Shown piece by piece: positions 40,131-54,317 of a stretch of DNA of 64,000 nucleotides. This DNA is from Octopus vulgaris (lineage: Eukaryota), in assembly GCA_951406725.2 (NCBI GenBank), contig OX597816.1, positions 115,072,001 to 115,136,000 on the forward strand, in the 5' to 3' direction. A program made the translations under genes and the position numbers. Positions within the stretch are counted from its first letter, which is position 1; every line of letters starts with the position of its first letter. The notes beneath the pieces are model-generated. The model searched no databases. It saw nothing but the letters and a program-made list of their open reading frames with translations, and was not told the DNA's origin.

Positions 40131-42395
40131 CCTAATGATTCTGCCAGCTCACTACCTTACAAGTATATTTCTAATAACTGGGATTTCTTGGCTAAATAGA
40201 ACATATGTTTTAGAGAAAAAAAGTGAAGTAAGGTATATTAACCCTGATATAATAGTGATATAACATTGACCCCAGATGATGAATGGTGAAAATCTGCTTT
40301 CAGAAGATTAGAACTTGGAACCTCCAAAAGACCAATCTAAAAACTGCAATACATTTACTCTGCTGTCTTAGTATTTGGATTATTTCTTTATAGAGCATTT
40401 ATAGAAAAAGGAAATGGAATATTGTCAGATGTAAGCCCCATCTTGAAAGCATTATTTTTTGTAATGAAGGCAGTGAAAGAAAATATTGGTGCTGAAGTAC
40501 TGGACAAAGTGTCATGCAGTATTTAATTACATCCATGAATTCAATTTCTGCTGATGTTTGACTTTTGTCTTGCATACTACTTGGGTGGAATGGGGGTGTT
40601 GCTAAAATAAGTACTAAGGTTCATAAGCAGTACCAATGAAGTAATGAAAGTGATTTAATTGTCTCTTCCTTCAAACAATAGTTCTGGTCTTGTACCAATG
40701 GTAAAAACAATTATTTGTAGAATAATAAAAGTAATGGAAATCAGTCTGCTGTTTTGGTTCAGACTTCTTGACACTTTTCCTACAACAGTGACAACAATGT
40801 TACTCGGAATGAATAATAGATGTTAAATGAAGTGTGAAATATAATTATGGTTTTGTTTAAGCATTATGTGATGTTCATTAAATGTTTAAATGTCTGAGAT
40901 GAGATATTGTTAATAAGATTATAATTATTCAGACTATTAACCTTGTGTCTGAAATGGAAATAAATTTTTTTTCCTGTATTTACTTCTTAATTTCATTGAG
41001 CCCCTTTTCATCACATGTCTTATTCTTGAATGTGTACTTAGTAGCACACTCTATTTGAGCAAAAATCTTTATTTATATCCTAAGGGTAATAACACTGTAA
41101 CCCACTTGGCCAATATATATTGCAGATGTAAATATCAAAAATAAAACCAAAATATTTTTATTTGTGAAGGTCAGATGAGACTGAAAAAATTTATATATTT
41201 TATCAACTTGAATTGTTTAGGCTTAATTAATTTGTTTTTCAGTTGTATGAACACAATTACTCATTCATGCATAAGGCTACAAATGTCAAATGAAGGTAAA
41301 AAGGAATTTGGTAATGTTCATGCCTTTCCTAAAGGACATAAGAAACAAATCTTTGTTTGTCAATCATACTAACACCATCATATAGTTCTCAGGTGTCTTT
41401 AACAGAGTTCACAATGTTTCTTGCATTTGGACTGGTCTTCAGTTGGATGTTACCTTGATTCTTATGACCAGTCTAAGAAGCCCCAATAAAAAAAGTGTCA
41501 TGTGTGCTGCTCTTTGCTCTCTGAATAAGCAATCAAAATAAATAGAAATTTTTAAAAACTCAACTTCAGACAAGAATTGAAACCTGCATATAGAGACTCA
41601 GCTTGTTGAAATATTTCTTCCAATTTTATAATGCTCTTATGTTATATTGTTAAAGGTAGAACCATATGTTTCTCACTTTAGAAGTTGAAATAAGAAGATA
41701 CTGTACTGGTTTTCAATGATTTGTTATATCTGTTATGTCTGGTAATGCAAAACCATACGTTGAAAAACTATCTCAAAAAACAAGCTGGGAGAGGATATGC
41801 TGGGAGGCAGTGGTTATTGACACCAGCCTAAACAACTTCTGTGTTCAGGGAAGTGGCCAACACCTCTTGAAAGATTTTACAACTATGAACTCTGTACTGA
41901 AAGCATGCCATATATCTTAATTCTTTGAAGTTTGGCTGCCGGTTTTAGACACGACTTCACTAGCAGCCTCTAGAATAGATGTAAGAAGTTTGGCCAGGGG
42001 CCAATGTTCTATTTCTGGTTAACAAAAAACAAAAAAAAAAACAAAACAAAACAAAAACACAGGCAAAAGCTTAAGCTGCAGATCAAAAATGCACACACTT
42101 CATACTGGCTAGTGTAACAATTCTTTGTCTCTTTCTCTCTTTCACACAATATTGTTATTTGTGCAAAGAGAACTATGGAAAGAAATAAGAAAATCAACAT
42201 TTATGTCTCAGTATACCATGTTAGATAATTCATTCAGACAGGGTTAATATTGAAATTTTCTAAATAAAAGAAAACAATTACAAAAGAAAAACAAAGAAAA
42301 AAATTAATTAATTCAAATAAAAAATAATAACAACAACAACAATGATAATAATAATAACAATGATAATGATAATAGTAATAGTAGTAGTAGTAGAA

Positions 42396-42443
<48 letters not shown>

Positions 42444-43138
42444 TACAATAATGCAAAAAATATTTTAAAGTGTAAAAACAAAACAAAAAGTAATTGAAAA
42501 GTTCATGAAGTGAAAAAAAAAAACTGGAGAGAATTATTCGACTGAGTGAAAAATCTTTCTTCTGGTAATGTTAAAAATTACTTCCGTTGAACGGAAATTC
42601 TCTTGGTGTGTCTAGTAGCTATGACAAGGCAGTATGGATTGCAGCTATTCCCCAGCATTGCAATGAGGTCAAGGAGCACTACCATATTAATATAAGCTTG
42701 CAAAAGCATTTGACTGAAGTATTCTCTATTTCTAAACTCCTTTGTGAAAAATCTAAAAGACTTTTTAGCAATAGTTTAAATGTTGATTTTCATAAAACAA
42801 TAGATATGGTTTTAAGTACTATTCCCATTTATATAAATAATACATATTTTTCAATGTTTGCATGTTTGTTAATTATTACAAATGTTTAAAGTAGGCACTG
42901 TAAGGATTCGCTTGAAAGAAAGCAGGATGAAATACCTATTTTATAAAATATAATAATTTGGAAAGATTAATGCTTTCTTTTTCGATTAAACAACTAACAA
43001 TCTGATGGAGAAAAACAGGATGCACTTACAATTATCTACATTATCAAGTTGCTGTTGTTAATGTTAGAAGCCATTATTGTTGTCAAAAATTTACATGTTT
43101 TCAATTTAAGATTTTAATTTTTTGAAATGTAGTTAAAC

Positions 43139-43581
43139 TATTGGGTCATCCCCTAAATAATGCTGTTTTTTCAATTGCATGAACTAAAAATCGGAGGGGG
43201 ATGGGATAAACTACCTGCATTAACTTGTTATAAAAGTGGATAGTAATTTTACTTTGTTTTTAGTCTCAGTGCAAGTCTTGAAGAGTGCCGTTCGATTTTA
43301 ACAGTTATTTTTTCAAAACTATATTGAAAGTGATAAAGGAGCATATTTGGCATATTTTGGTTTATGAGTTCAATAAATGCAACAACACAACAGAAAGTGT
43401 GAGGAATATGAGTGCAGTATATGGGGATTGGACAATAAATGCAAACCAGTGTCAACAGTGGTTCCGGAAATTCTGAGCCAGAAACTACATCCTAGAAGAC
43501 GAGCCTCATCCTGGAAGATCTGTAGAACTTGATGAGGATGTCCTGCAAACCCTGGTGGAACAAAACCTCATCGTAGCTGTT
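43139..43581 (+). mobile_element. Mariner transposon 5' remnant (TIR plus N-terminal HTH of transposase)
   Basis: TA-TTGGGTCATCCCCTAAATAATGC start; KEHIWHILVYEFNK...VYGDWTINANQCQQWFRKF*ARNYILEDEPHPGRSVELDEDVLQTLVEQN. Confidence 0.85.
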
Positions 43582-44339
43582 ATGTGTGTGTGTGTGGATA
43601 AGTGCAGGTGTGACTGTGTGGTAAGAAGCCTTCTACTCAACCACATAGTTCTGGGTTCAGACTAACCATGTGACACCTTAGGCATGTAACTTCTATTATA
43701 ACCTTGGGGCAACCAAAGTCTTGTGAGTGGATTTGATAGATGGAAACTGAAAGAAGCTCGTTGTATTACACACACAAATATATATTACAATAATAATTAC
43801 AATAATCCTAGGATAAAATTTATAAACATTTAATGTATCACTATGCACTTTCCACAAATCACATGACTTTTAAGATCACAGTCCATATTCCTGGGATGAT
43901 TAAAGTGTAGTCCATAGTGTCTTTGGGCATCTGGTTGATCATCATCATTGATTCATTTCTTCAGGTGATTAGTGGATGAACATTAGTAGATGAACCACCA
44001 AGGGATGTTTTTTCTCTTTTTACTAGTCTGAAGGCCAAGTGAGACATATAGTTATTTCATTGTGTATTTGGTGGTAAGAAATAAAATGTGATGGGAATAG
44101 AGGAAGGAACAGTAGTTATATGGAGACAGAGGTGTGTGTGGTGGTGTTCGATTTATTTTGCTGTTCATTCAGCAGGTGTTAGGATGAGTAGTACATTCTT
44201 TTGTTTGGTTTCATTTAAGGCATGACTATCTTGAATAAATTCTGAACTCAACAGGTGGTCAAGTACTGCTGCTATACAGTGGGGTTTGTTGAATAAATTG
44301 ATATGCTACTTTCTTGAGGTGACCTCTTAATTGTTTTTG

Positions 44340-45010
44340 TTGGTATAGTGTAAAAAATCTCAAATATTGGCTCCTCAGTTTATTTGTTTATGTTCCTTTG
44401 CTTTTCTATAATGTGTTATTTCATTTCAAAATTTTTTCTAACTCCATGAATGATGTTTTTGTTCTTATGATCATCTCAGAGTGCCTATTTATCATGTTTT
44501 CCCTAGATGTGATTATTTCCAGGGTTTCTTCTAGGCCTAGGTTGCATACCCATGATGTTCTGTTATATGGTGTAATATTTTTATAATGGACCGGTCGGTC
44601 ATATGTTTCCCTCCATTCCATTTTAGTCTCCCAATGAGGGTTGATAGAGATGGAGTGTCTTATTTATATTCAAAAATGATGAGAGATGGTGTCTCAGATG
44701 ATTTTTCATGATGTCTCCAGTGCCACCAATGTACATGTATTGCTGTGTATCTGTCTTCACCTCACATTTGTACACTACATTCCTTATCATGCAATTATTG
44801 CTAAATCTGCATTCCTCTTTACACCTGCAGTTACACATGATATTATTTTTTTTCTTTTCTTTCTGTAGAGTTACTATTAGTGGTCGTCGCCCTCCTGTAA
44901 CAGTGCACTCCTTTTCCTTATTCATGGATTCTACATTTAATTGTGTGATGTTGTTCGGGCTGGTTTTTGCTATTGATGAATTTTTATTACCCTTATTTTC
45001 CACCATTCTA
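44340..45010 (-). mobile_element. Penelope-like element fragment (GIY-YIG endonuclease), a second family
   Basis: CNCRCKEECRFSNNCMIRNVVYKCEV...YMYIGGTG...RHH and downstream PY...CNLGLEE motifs. Confidence 0.8.
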
Positions 45011-45113
45011 TCGTTGTATACAGTGTTATTAGCTGCAGTTGGTTCTTATTTCCCCTCTAATTTTATTCTATTCAGTTTTGTGTTATAAAGTTTGTGTATG
45101 TGTTACTCTAGAT

Positions 45114-45390
45114 CAGTGCTCCACAATTGGTATGCCACAGCACACTGGTGTGCCACGAGACGATGCTAGGTGTGTTGCAGTGTAACCAGAATATAAATTT
45201 TTCCCTATACCTTTAGTTATATTTTTAGTTCAGTGTACTGCCAAATTTTGAAAAGAATATAAGTTAATGGGAGAAAAACAAAGTAAGAATTATGAAAGAA
45301 GTTTTTAAACATCGAATGAATATGGGGGTCTACCAGAATAAAATAGCAATCAAAGAGATTCCATAGATAAAAAATGGTTGAGAACCCCTG
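45114..45390. mobile_element. hAT-like MITE
   Basis: CAGTGCTCCACAA start and TTGAGAACCCCTG end; TCTAGA-like target on the left; TSD not exact. Confidence 0.5.
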
Positions 45391-46999
45391 ATTTAAACCA
45401 ATGATCAGGATGATGAAGACACTGAATCTTCTATTGTTTAATGAATTTTAAAATTTTCATATATTTCGCCCAACACATGGCAGAGATATTTTTAAAACTT
45501 CCCAACCTCCTGTATGTCAAAAATTAAGTGTTGGTAATCAATTCATCAGGTTGAATATGAATGAGGTTTAAAGAAGCATTCTGCAACACTTGATTACTTA
45601 CAATGGTTACACTTCAGATTAGCATCAAGCACAAAACCAAAACTCTATAGATGTAGAATTATTCTGTCTTCCAGTTTCATTAATAGTTTGTTTCTATTTT
45701 GGGGTGTTGTTGTTTTTCTTCCTCAATTCATTTCTGATTCTGTATTTTTTTTATTTTGATTTAACTTTTTTCTGTTTTTTTTTTCTTTGTCAACTATCTA
45801 AAATATGAATATTTGGAAAACACCGATAAACAAATGATATAAAATCAAATAATTAAGAGAATTTTCTCACAAATTAATCCTAAAGGAAAATAATTCGGAT
45901 TTTATTTATATATGTATTTTCAACTTTTTACAATTTTTTATATATTTTTGATATTCCGAAAAATTTGTTTCATTTAAACATAGAATGCTTGCAGGTCATT
46001 TGTGGATATTCAAAAAACAAAAAGAAAAACACAATGTTTATTGTTTATTCATCTACTAGTAGTAGCCTTACCTTGCCATCTCACCATTTGTTGTTTTATT
46101 TTTCTCCAAATTATATTATGAAATATTCAAATTTAATAAGTTGTAAATCAATAGTCTTTGTAGCTTTCATAAGTTTTTGTGTAATATCTTTACTTTATAT
46201 TTATTATTTATATATTTAATATTTTGACAGAAATAATTCTTGCCTTAAGATAAATTGTTTTCAAAATTCATAATCATTAACCATTTTGAAATTTATATGT
46301 TTTTCTGATTTTCTAACAAATTAACTAGGGCAGGGGGTCAATATAAAATCATCATCACCAATTATTATTATTATTATTATTATTGTGATCATCATCATTA
46401 TTATTGTTATCATTATTATCATCATTATCATCAACATAGATTAAACAGTATCTAATCTCTGTATGGAATTAGATACAAGCAAATTATTACTTTGCTCTTG
46501 TTTTTATTCCCAATTACAACAAATCTCTACTTAAATTGTTATTGAACAAGTTTTGTTTTCTTAAGAAAGAAAAAGCAATAAGAAAGGGGAAAAAAATCCG
46601 AAATTTTTTTACTATATTTTTGTATATATTTCCTCAATTAAATATTGTATTTGAAGAAATCTTTAATTTCTCTGTTATTGAAATGTAAAATGATCATTTA
46701 ATTTTAAATGTAATATATACTTTGTATTATTCTAATTAAATATTTCATTCAAACATTCTATGTTATACATACATACATGCATACACACACACACACACAC
46801 ACACACATATAAACATAGAAAAATGTATATGAAATAATGATGAGGTTACACACACATATTCATACATATGTATGCATAGATATTTTTATGGACACATATC
46901 TATCAATCTATATACATAAATAAACACACATATATACATGTGCATGCATATATATATATATATGTATATATATTTATTTATATATATAAACGTATACAT

Positions 47000-47171
47000 A
47001 AAATAAACGTATACACATGCATATATGTATGTGTGTGTGTGTGTGCATGTGTGCTTGTGTGTGTATGTATATATATATGTATATATGTGTATATATATAT
47101 ATACATACACACACAAGCACACATGCACACACACACACACATACATATATGCATGTGTATACGTTTATTTT
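47000..47171. repeat. Perfect palindrome with 79-bp arms and 14-nt spacer
   Basis: 47000-47078 is the exact reverse complement of 47093-47171. Confidence 0.9.
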
Positions 47172-47668
47172 TCCCAGAAGTATATATGCTTGTATATACA
47201 TATAGAGACATGGACACACATATATAAATATAACATAAATATATATATCAATATGCTAACAAATAATGTTGCTTACAATCTGATCATAACAATAGCTTCC
47301 CAAGAGCTATACTAAAAGCTTTAGAATCATGTTTCTTTTATTAGTGAGAGAAAGAGGCTGGGCTTCAAGAGACAAGAAGTACTGCCTTACTGTAATACAT
47401 TCAGGAAATTACAAGAACTCAGGGAATGGACATTGATGATAATTCCAGTCCATCTTTACCAAAATTGCTAATATAAAAATACTGGCATAACTATTATGGC
47501 CAGCCAGAATAAAGCAATTTCAAGTAAAAGGAAATGAAAGCAATAAATTCCATTAAAAAGACATAAACATAAAGATATTTTTCCAACGATTGTTTGGAAG
47601 TTATGCATGTTTGGTTTTCTTAATTGATTTGTTGATTTTTCTCTGATTGACAGGGTGGGGCTGAAGAG

Positions 47669-47671
<3 letters not shown>

Positions 47672-47748
<77 letters not shown>
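47672..47748. repeat. (GA)n microsatellite
   Basis: Direct reading. Confidence 0.95.
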
Positions 47749-47753
<5 letters not shown>

Positions 47754-47874
47754 GGCAAGTAGGTGTGTTTTAATTACGGTCTATATTAGATGAACTTGTA
47801 CTGATGTATTTTTCATTATTTTTTACTTGATTTCACTTTATATATATATATTATATTATGAAGACACTCCTGTC

Positions 47875-47972
<98 letters not shown>

Positions 47973-48547
47973 ATACACATACATATATATACATATTAGA
48001 TGTGTATAATTTTTCTTTAACATTTCTTCCTTTTTTTTGTGTGCTTTGGTCAGATTCTCCTCTGAATATTGTATATGAGAATTGCATACCAATTTGGCAA
48101 TCATTCATATCAAATTCATTGAAGCTAAAAGGCTTTATTGCAAAACACATAAAGAAGCACATATAAAAACTCAAGAACGTGTACAAAAAAAAGACACAAA
48201 CAGAAACAAAGTGAAGCAAAAATATTTTCCCAAAATATTATAGTAACAATGGACAAAGAAAAACAAACAACATAAAATACTGAATAAAATTGAAAGCAAA
48301 AGATGGGAACCATTTTAGGGTTATAAAATCGTAGAATATATGGCATGTGTTACGATTCTAGGGGTAAGATTCATCAATGACCTAAATGAGATATGAGAAT
48401 CTGGTATTAAGAAGCTGTTAAATTTATAAGAGAAAGATTTAGGGAACCCTTTTGTTAAACATATATAATATCTGTTTCTTCATACCCATACCTTTAACTT
48501 TTTTGAAGTATCCTCATTATCATTTCTAGATGTGTATTACTTTATGA

Positions 48548-48628
<81 letters not shown>

Positions 48629-48634
<6 letters not shown>

Positions 48635-48698
48635 TTTATATATGTGGTTGTTGTTCAGCGTTTCTTGTTTTTTGCTTTTTGGGTTTGTTCTTTTTGGG

Positions 48699-48767
<69 letters not shown>

Positions 48768-48830
48768 TTTATATATGTGGTTGTTGTTCAGTGTTTCTTG
48801 TTTTTTGCTTTTGGGTTTGTTCTTTTTGGG

Positions 48831-48870
<40 letters not shown>
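48629..48870. repeat. Tandem duplication of a ~133-bp unit bounded by (TA)n
   Basis: CATATATTTATATATGTGGTTGTTGTTCAG...GGGATTTATA at 48629 and 48762. Confidence 0.85.
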
Positions 48871-48873
<3 letters not shown>

Positions 48874-48876
<3 letters not shown>

Positions 48877-49890
48877 TCATCATCTTTGTTTAGCGTCTGC
48901 TTTCCATGCTGGCATGGGTTGGACAATTTGACTGGGGACTGGCAGGCCAGGAGGCCGCACCAGGCTCCAATCTGATCTGGCAGTGTTTCTACAGCTGGAT
49001 GCCTTTCCTAATGCCAACCACTCTGAGAGTGTAGTGGGTACTTTTTACATGTCACCGGCGTGGGAGCCAGTCAGGCAGCAGTGGCATCGGCTATGTGTTG
49101 ATGGTGCTTTTAACGTGCCACTGACACTTTATTGTGGTTTGATTTGATTTTGATTTACTTGACTCAATAGGTCTCCTCAAGCAAGGCACGTTGCTTGACG
49201 ATCCAAAGGTACTTTTTAATTGGGCTGGTTATGTGACACTGGTGTCGGCTATGGCTGTGATCTCACTTTACTTGCCCTCCATCACAGTATATCTCCAGAG
49301 GTCTCGGTCTTTCACCATTGCCTCTGTGAGGCCTAATATTTGAAGGTCAGGCTTCATCCCCTCATCCCATGTCTTCCTGGGTCTTCCTCTTCCATGGGTT
49401 CCTTCCACTGTTTGGGAGTGACACTTCTTCACACAGCTCTCCTCACCCATATGCAGCACATGACCATACCAGCACAGTTGTCTCTCTTGCACACCACATC
49501 TGATGCTTCTTATGTCTAACATTTCTCTCAGGGCACTTACATTCTGTTGTGTGTGCACACTGACATTACACATCCAGCGAATCATACTAGCTTCATTTCT
49601 TTCGAGTTAATGCATGTCTTCAGCAGTCATGGCCCATGTTACACTGCTGTGTAGCATGGTAGTTTGCACACATGCATCATACAATCTACCTTTCACTCTG
49701 TGTGAGAGGCCCTTTGTCACCAGTAGGGGTAGGAACTTTCTGAACTTTGCCCAGGCTATTCTTATTCTAGTGGTAATGCCCTCCAAGCATTCATCCCCAC
49801 TGCAGACTTGGTGACCTAGGTAGCAGAAGCTATCAACTACTTCTAGCTACTCCCTATGGCATGTGATGGAATTACTTTTCTGAACATCTG
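48874..49890 (-). mobile_element. RTE LINE 3' end: C-terminal coding region, 3' UTR (family C sequence) and (GAT)n tail
   Basis: MIRWMCNVSV...QLCWYGHVLHM...GRGRPRKTW...DRDLWR, running into the family C repeat on the same strand. Confidence 0.88.
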
Positions 49891-50180
49891 CAGTGTATAT
49901 ATATATAGAGAGAGAGCATGATTTATTCGTGATCAGAATTGTTTGAAAACTAAGGTACTACTGTGTATATATATATATGTATATATGTAGTAAATATAGA
50001 TGTAGTAAATATTTATATCTATAATGAATGCTTATGTTTGTAAGCATATACATGTGCATATCTATGCATATATAAAATTATACGTTTTAATATTTTTATC
50101 AGATATTTGAAATTTATATTTATTTAAAATATATCTGTATGTGAATATGTAAATATATTTATATATGTATCTATATACTC

Positions 50181-50213
<33 letters not shown>

Positions 50214-50263
50214 AAGATATATGTATATTTATTTGTATATATATATATATATATTTATGTATG

Positions 50264-50297
<34 letters not shown>

Positions 50298-50298
<1 letters not shown>

Positions 50299-51080
50299 TA
50301 GCAGCATAGCCCGGCGTTGCCCGGGTATGTAAGAGCCCCTAGTAGGCAACGACTAATCCCAATCTAGTCCTTTCCCTCTAGGGAACGAAGGCGCATGTGT
50401 AGGTTGCAATGTCTTCTCTTCACTCCCAGATAACTATCAAACAGCTATCGATAATTCAACCCAACCAATTCCTACCAGGAAGAAATTACATTCGAGACTT
50501 TACCCCCAGCACCGCCACTTCTGCTAATAGCTGCTGCAGCCGCAAGTTATTCGAATACTTTTTTTTGTTTACACTTTCTTTATAACTACCACCCCAAACG
50601 TTTTACCTTAAATTCTTGACGTATCCTAAGGGTCCTCGGACGCTACTTGCAAACTCTTGGTTTATTATAAACCACTTTTGTCGTGTCCATCAAAAAACCT
50701 TTTCCATTCGTTTGTTCAGTTTGGTCACTTTTGACTTTTTCGTTGTTGTCACTCACATTGCTGCCCGCCTTTTTTGCCGTTTTTGTACATTTTTATACAT
50801 TTTGGGATACTTACCCCATGTGTTCCGAGAATTAAAAAGGTTGAGTTGCGTCCCCTAGACAGTCTGTAGAAAATGTGTTGCATATAAAAAGCTTAGATTC
50901 TCGACCCATGTCGAATTTATCGATTTTTTTTCAGAACTGGGGGAACTTTTCAAAATTTTCGCTGCGTTAGTTTTGAATTATGACATTGGGCTATGTGTGT
51001 GTCAAGTTTCATCAGAATCGGTTGAAAGCTGTGGTCAGGGTGAGGGTACAACCTGACAGACACACAGACAGACAAACTGC

Positions 51081-51164
<84 letters not shown>

Positions 51165-51185
51165 ATATATATATATATATATAGA
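50298..51185 (-). mobile_element. Non-autonomous Helitron, young copy, in (TA)n
   Basis: Minus-strand 3' end CCCGG-GCAACG-CCGGG hairpin followed by CTATGCTG-CTAG-T; 5' end (TA)nAAAAGGCAGTTTGTCTGTCTG; CpG retained; exact 5' TC obscured by the TA tract. Confidence 0.8.
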
Positions 51186-52291
51186 TATAGATATATATAT
51201 ATAGATATATATATATACATATATAACATACACATGCATAAATATGGCCATTAATTCACAAAGACAGCTCATAATAGATAGAGCTTGGATGGCCGATTAG
51301 GAGTCTAGCTGAAAAGGGACACTAAGAAAATAGTAAAGGAACAGTGGCAAGCAAAGGACAAGGAAGGGTATAGAAAACAGCTAATGCTTATTGTTATCTT
51401 GATAAACAAATATATGGATATATTGAAAAAAATCCTCAATAAATGTAGAAAGCTGCATAAAAGAATTGATGAAACAATGATGAAGTATATTTTTCCTTTA
51501 CACACATATGTAAATACATATGTATACCTAAATATATGTGTGGGTACATATACATACATGCACTAACACAAACACATGCATATACATTCATATGTTTATA
51601 TATTACATATATATATATTATATCATATCTACAAATATATATTTAAATACATATGTATATATATGTAAATATGTATATAAGTATATATATATATATATAC
51701 GCTATATATATATATATATATGTATATATGAATATATATGTATACACACACACATATATATATATATATACATAGATGAATATGTGTGTGTATGTATGTG
51801 TATATATATGTAAATGCAAATAAACACATAAATGTACACACACACACACACACACACACACTCATATATACTCTCTCACAACCATATGTACAGCCATATA
51901 CAGTGTGCAGCCTTGTAGAAGGCTGGTTGACTATGTTGCTAATGTAGACGATGTTCAATGAGACAAAAAAAACTAGAAAAGAGAAAAAATTGTTATGAAA
52001 TGATGTGTTGCCAAATAGTTTTTTTGTCAAACGGATGAGGGGGAGCAAAGATAGTTTGAAATGGATGAGTCTAGTGAATGGAAACAGAGTCCCTGATTTC
52101 AAGGCCATCTCAAGCACCACACCATTCAGACACTACATTACTCCAGCAGGATGTATTATGGTCACTGCCATAAAGTTATGAAAATGAAAACAAAAAAAAA
52201 CAAATAGTATAGTATCCAGCTACAATGTATAATAAACAATAAATGTAAAGGCATGTATATATATACTTTCACATTAATTGTTATTTATATA

Positions 52292-52326
<35 letters not shown>

Positions 52327-52489
52327 ATCTGTATATGTATGTATATATGTTGGTATGTATATATATATATATTAATATGCATACCTCTCTCTCTCTACCT
52401 ATATATATATGCACACATACATGCAAATATATACATATATATGTACACACACCCAATACTCTATAACTGTATATATATACATATATATA

Positions 52490-52528
<39 letters not shown>

Positions 52529-52904
52529 ATTACGTTATAGTATGTATGTATCTATTACTTTCTCTCTCTTTTTCTGTCTTGTTATATATATTTACATACA
52601 CACACACACACACACACATACATATATATGTGTATGCAGGAGTGTCTAGAGTGCAGCACAGTATAAGCATCCATTGGTGTGGCACAAGTGCAGGTCGGCA
52701 GGTTGTAATGGCATCTTTATAAGGTTAATCTTTTATTGTCATTTGTCCTTTCAGTGCCACTAAACGTTGAATCAGTGCACACAGTTTGCAGTTGAAATAC
52801 TTTTCAAGAATGGTAAATTTAGAGGCTTTTTTTGCAGCACCGTTTATGTATGTCTTACATGTGGAAATTTGAATTAGTATTTATATGTTTCCTTTTTAAC
52901 ATTT

Positions 52905-53113
52905 CTTCCTCCCCCCCTCTGCATCCTCCTCCTCCGCCTACTCCTTTGCCTCCTCCTTTGCCTCCTCCTCTGCCTCCCCCTCCGCCTCCTCCTCTGCCTC
53001 CTCCTCTGCCTCCTCCTCCGCCTCCACCTCTGCCTCCTCCTCCTCCCCATCCTTCCCCACTCTCCCCTCCATCCCTCCATCCTCTTCCTCCTCCTCCTCC
53101 TCCTCCTCCCCTT
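52905..53113. repeat. (CCT)n-derived polypyrimidine tract
   Basis: Direct reading; source of spurious poly-Pro and poly-Arg ORFs. Confidence 0.9.
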
Positions 53114-53219
53114 CGTCCAGGAAATCATATCTAGTATTAGAAACTGTGCAAAGGCAATAATGATAATATTAATAATAGTAATAATAATAATAATAATAAT
53201 GATAATAATAATAACAATA

Positions 53220-53271
<52 letters not shown>

Positions 53272-53273
<2 letters not shown>

Positions 53274-53420
53274 TCGAAAAATATCTTAGGAATGAGAGCT
53301 CAGGTTTGAAATTTCCCCAGTACACCTGATGAAGGCTGGAGAGTATATCAGCCAAAAAGTTTTGTTAACTACAAACAAGATGAGGACAAATATCTGTCAA
53401 ATGTAAATAATGTAAATAAT
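53272..53420 (+). mobile_element. Short Penelope-type terminal repeat with degenerate hammerhead (53322-53366), after (AAT)n
   Basis: ACAC CTGATGA A GGCTG-GAGAGTATAT-CAGCC AAAA AG TT TTGT; GAAA reads AAAA. Confidence 0.55.
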
Positions 53421-53485
53421 ATAAGATATTCTATTTTAAAAATTTCTTGGCAATGATGGACTATTCAGCTAGTCCATATATATAT

Positions 53486-54317
53486 CTATTTCTGTATTGC
53501 CCACAGGGAGCTAAACATAGAAGGGACAAACAAGGACAGATATAGGTATTAAGTCGATTACATCGACCCTAGTGCATAACTGGTACTTAATTTATTGACT
53601 CCGAAAGGATGAAAGGCAAAGTCGACATCAGCAGAATTTGAACTCACAACGTAATGGCAGACAGCAGATGAAATATCGCTAAGCATTTCCCCCGACGTCC
53701 TAACGATTCTGCCAGCTCACCACCCTTAGTATATATGTATATATATGTGTGCATGTGTGTATCTATGCATGCATGTTATTGTGTCAATGGATACTGGTGT
53801 GTTTATGTCCCTGTAACTTAGTGGTTTGGCAAAAGAGACCAACAGAATATGTACTAGGCTTAGAAAGAATAAGTCCTGAGAGTGATTTCTTTGACTAAAA
53901 CCCTTTAGGGTGGTGCTCCAGCATGGCTGCAGTCAAATGGCTGAAACAGGTAGAAGAATAAAAGAATAAAAGAATATTATGCATAACAGATTATGTTGTA
54001 TCAGGTTTGGTACAATATTTGAAATCTCAGAAATAAAATTGACATCAACTACAATAACTAAAAATATCATTTGCTACTAAGATCTCAAATGTGAAATATT
54101 TCTTTTCTACTCTAGGCACAAGGCCCAAAATTTTTGAGGAGAGGGCCAGTTCAATTAGGTCGACTCCAGTACGCAACTGGTATTTAATTTATCAACTCTG
54201 AAAGGATGAAAAGCAAAGTTGACCTCAGTTGAATTTGAACTCAGAATGTAAAGACAGATAAAATACTGCTAAGCATTTCACCCAGCATGCTAATGTTTCT
54301 GCCAGCTTGCTACCTTT
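53486..54317. mobile_element. SINE cluster: family A minus (53486-53727, 54100-54317) and family B plus partial (53780-53975)
   Basis: Core motifs; CAAATGT(G/C)AAATA TSD around the 54100 copy. Confidence 0.8.

Noticed and set aside
42587-42889. 100-aa non-repetitive ORF and the opposite-strand open frame
   Set aside because: Non-ATG start, no recognisable domain and no convincing splice pair
51629-52180. 163-aa minus-strand ORF in unique-looking sequence
   Set aside because: Half is microsatellite and the remainder is unrecognisable
52832-53134. Formin/WASP-like polyproline ORF
   Set aside because: A (CCT)n-derived tract with no flanking domain or splice context
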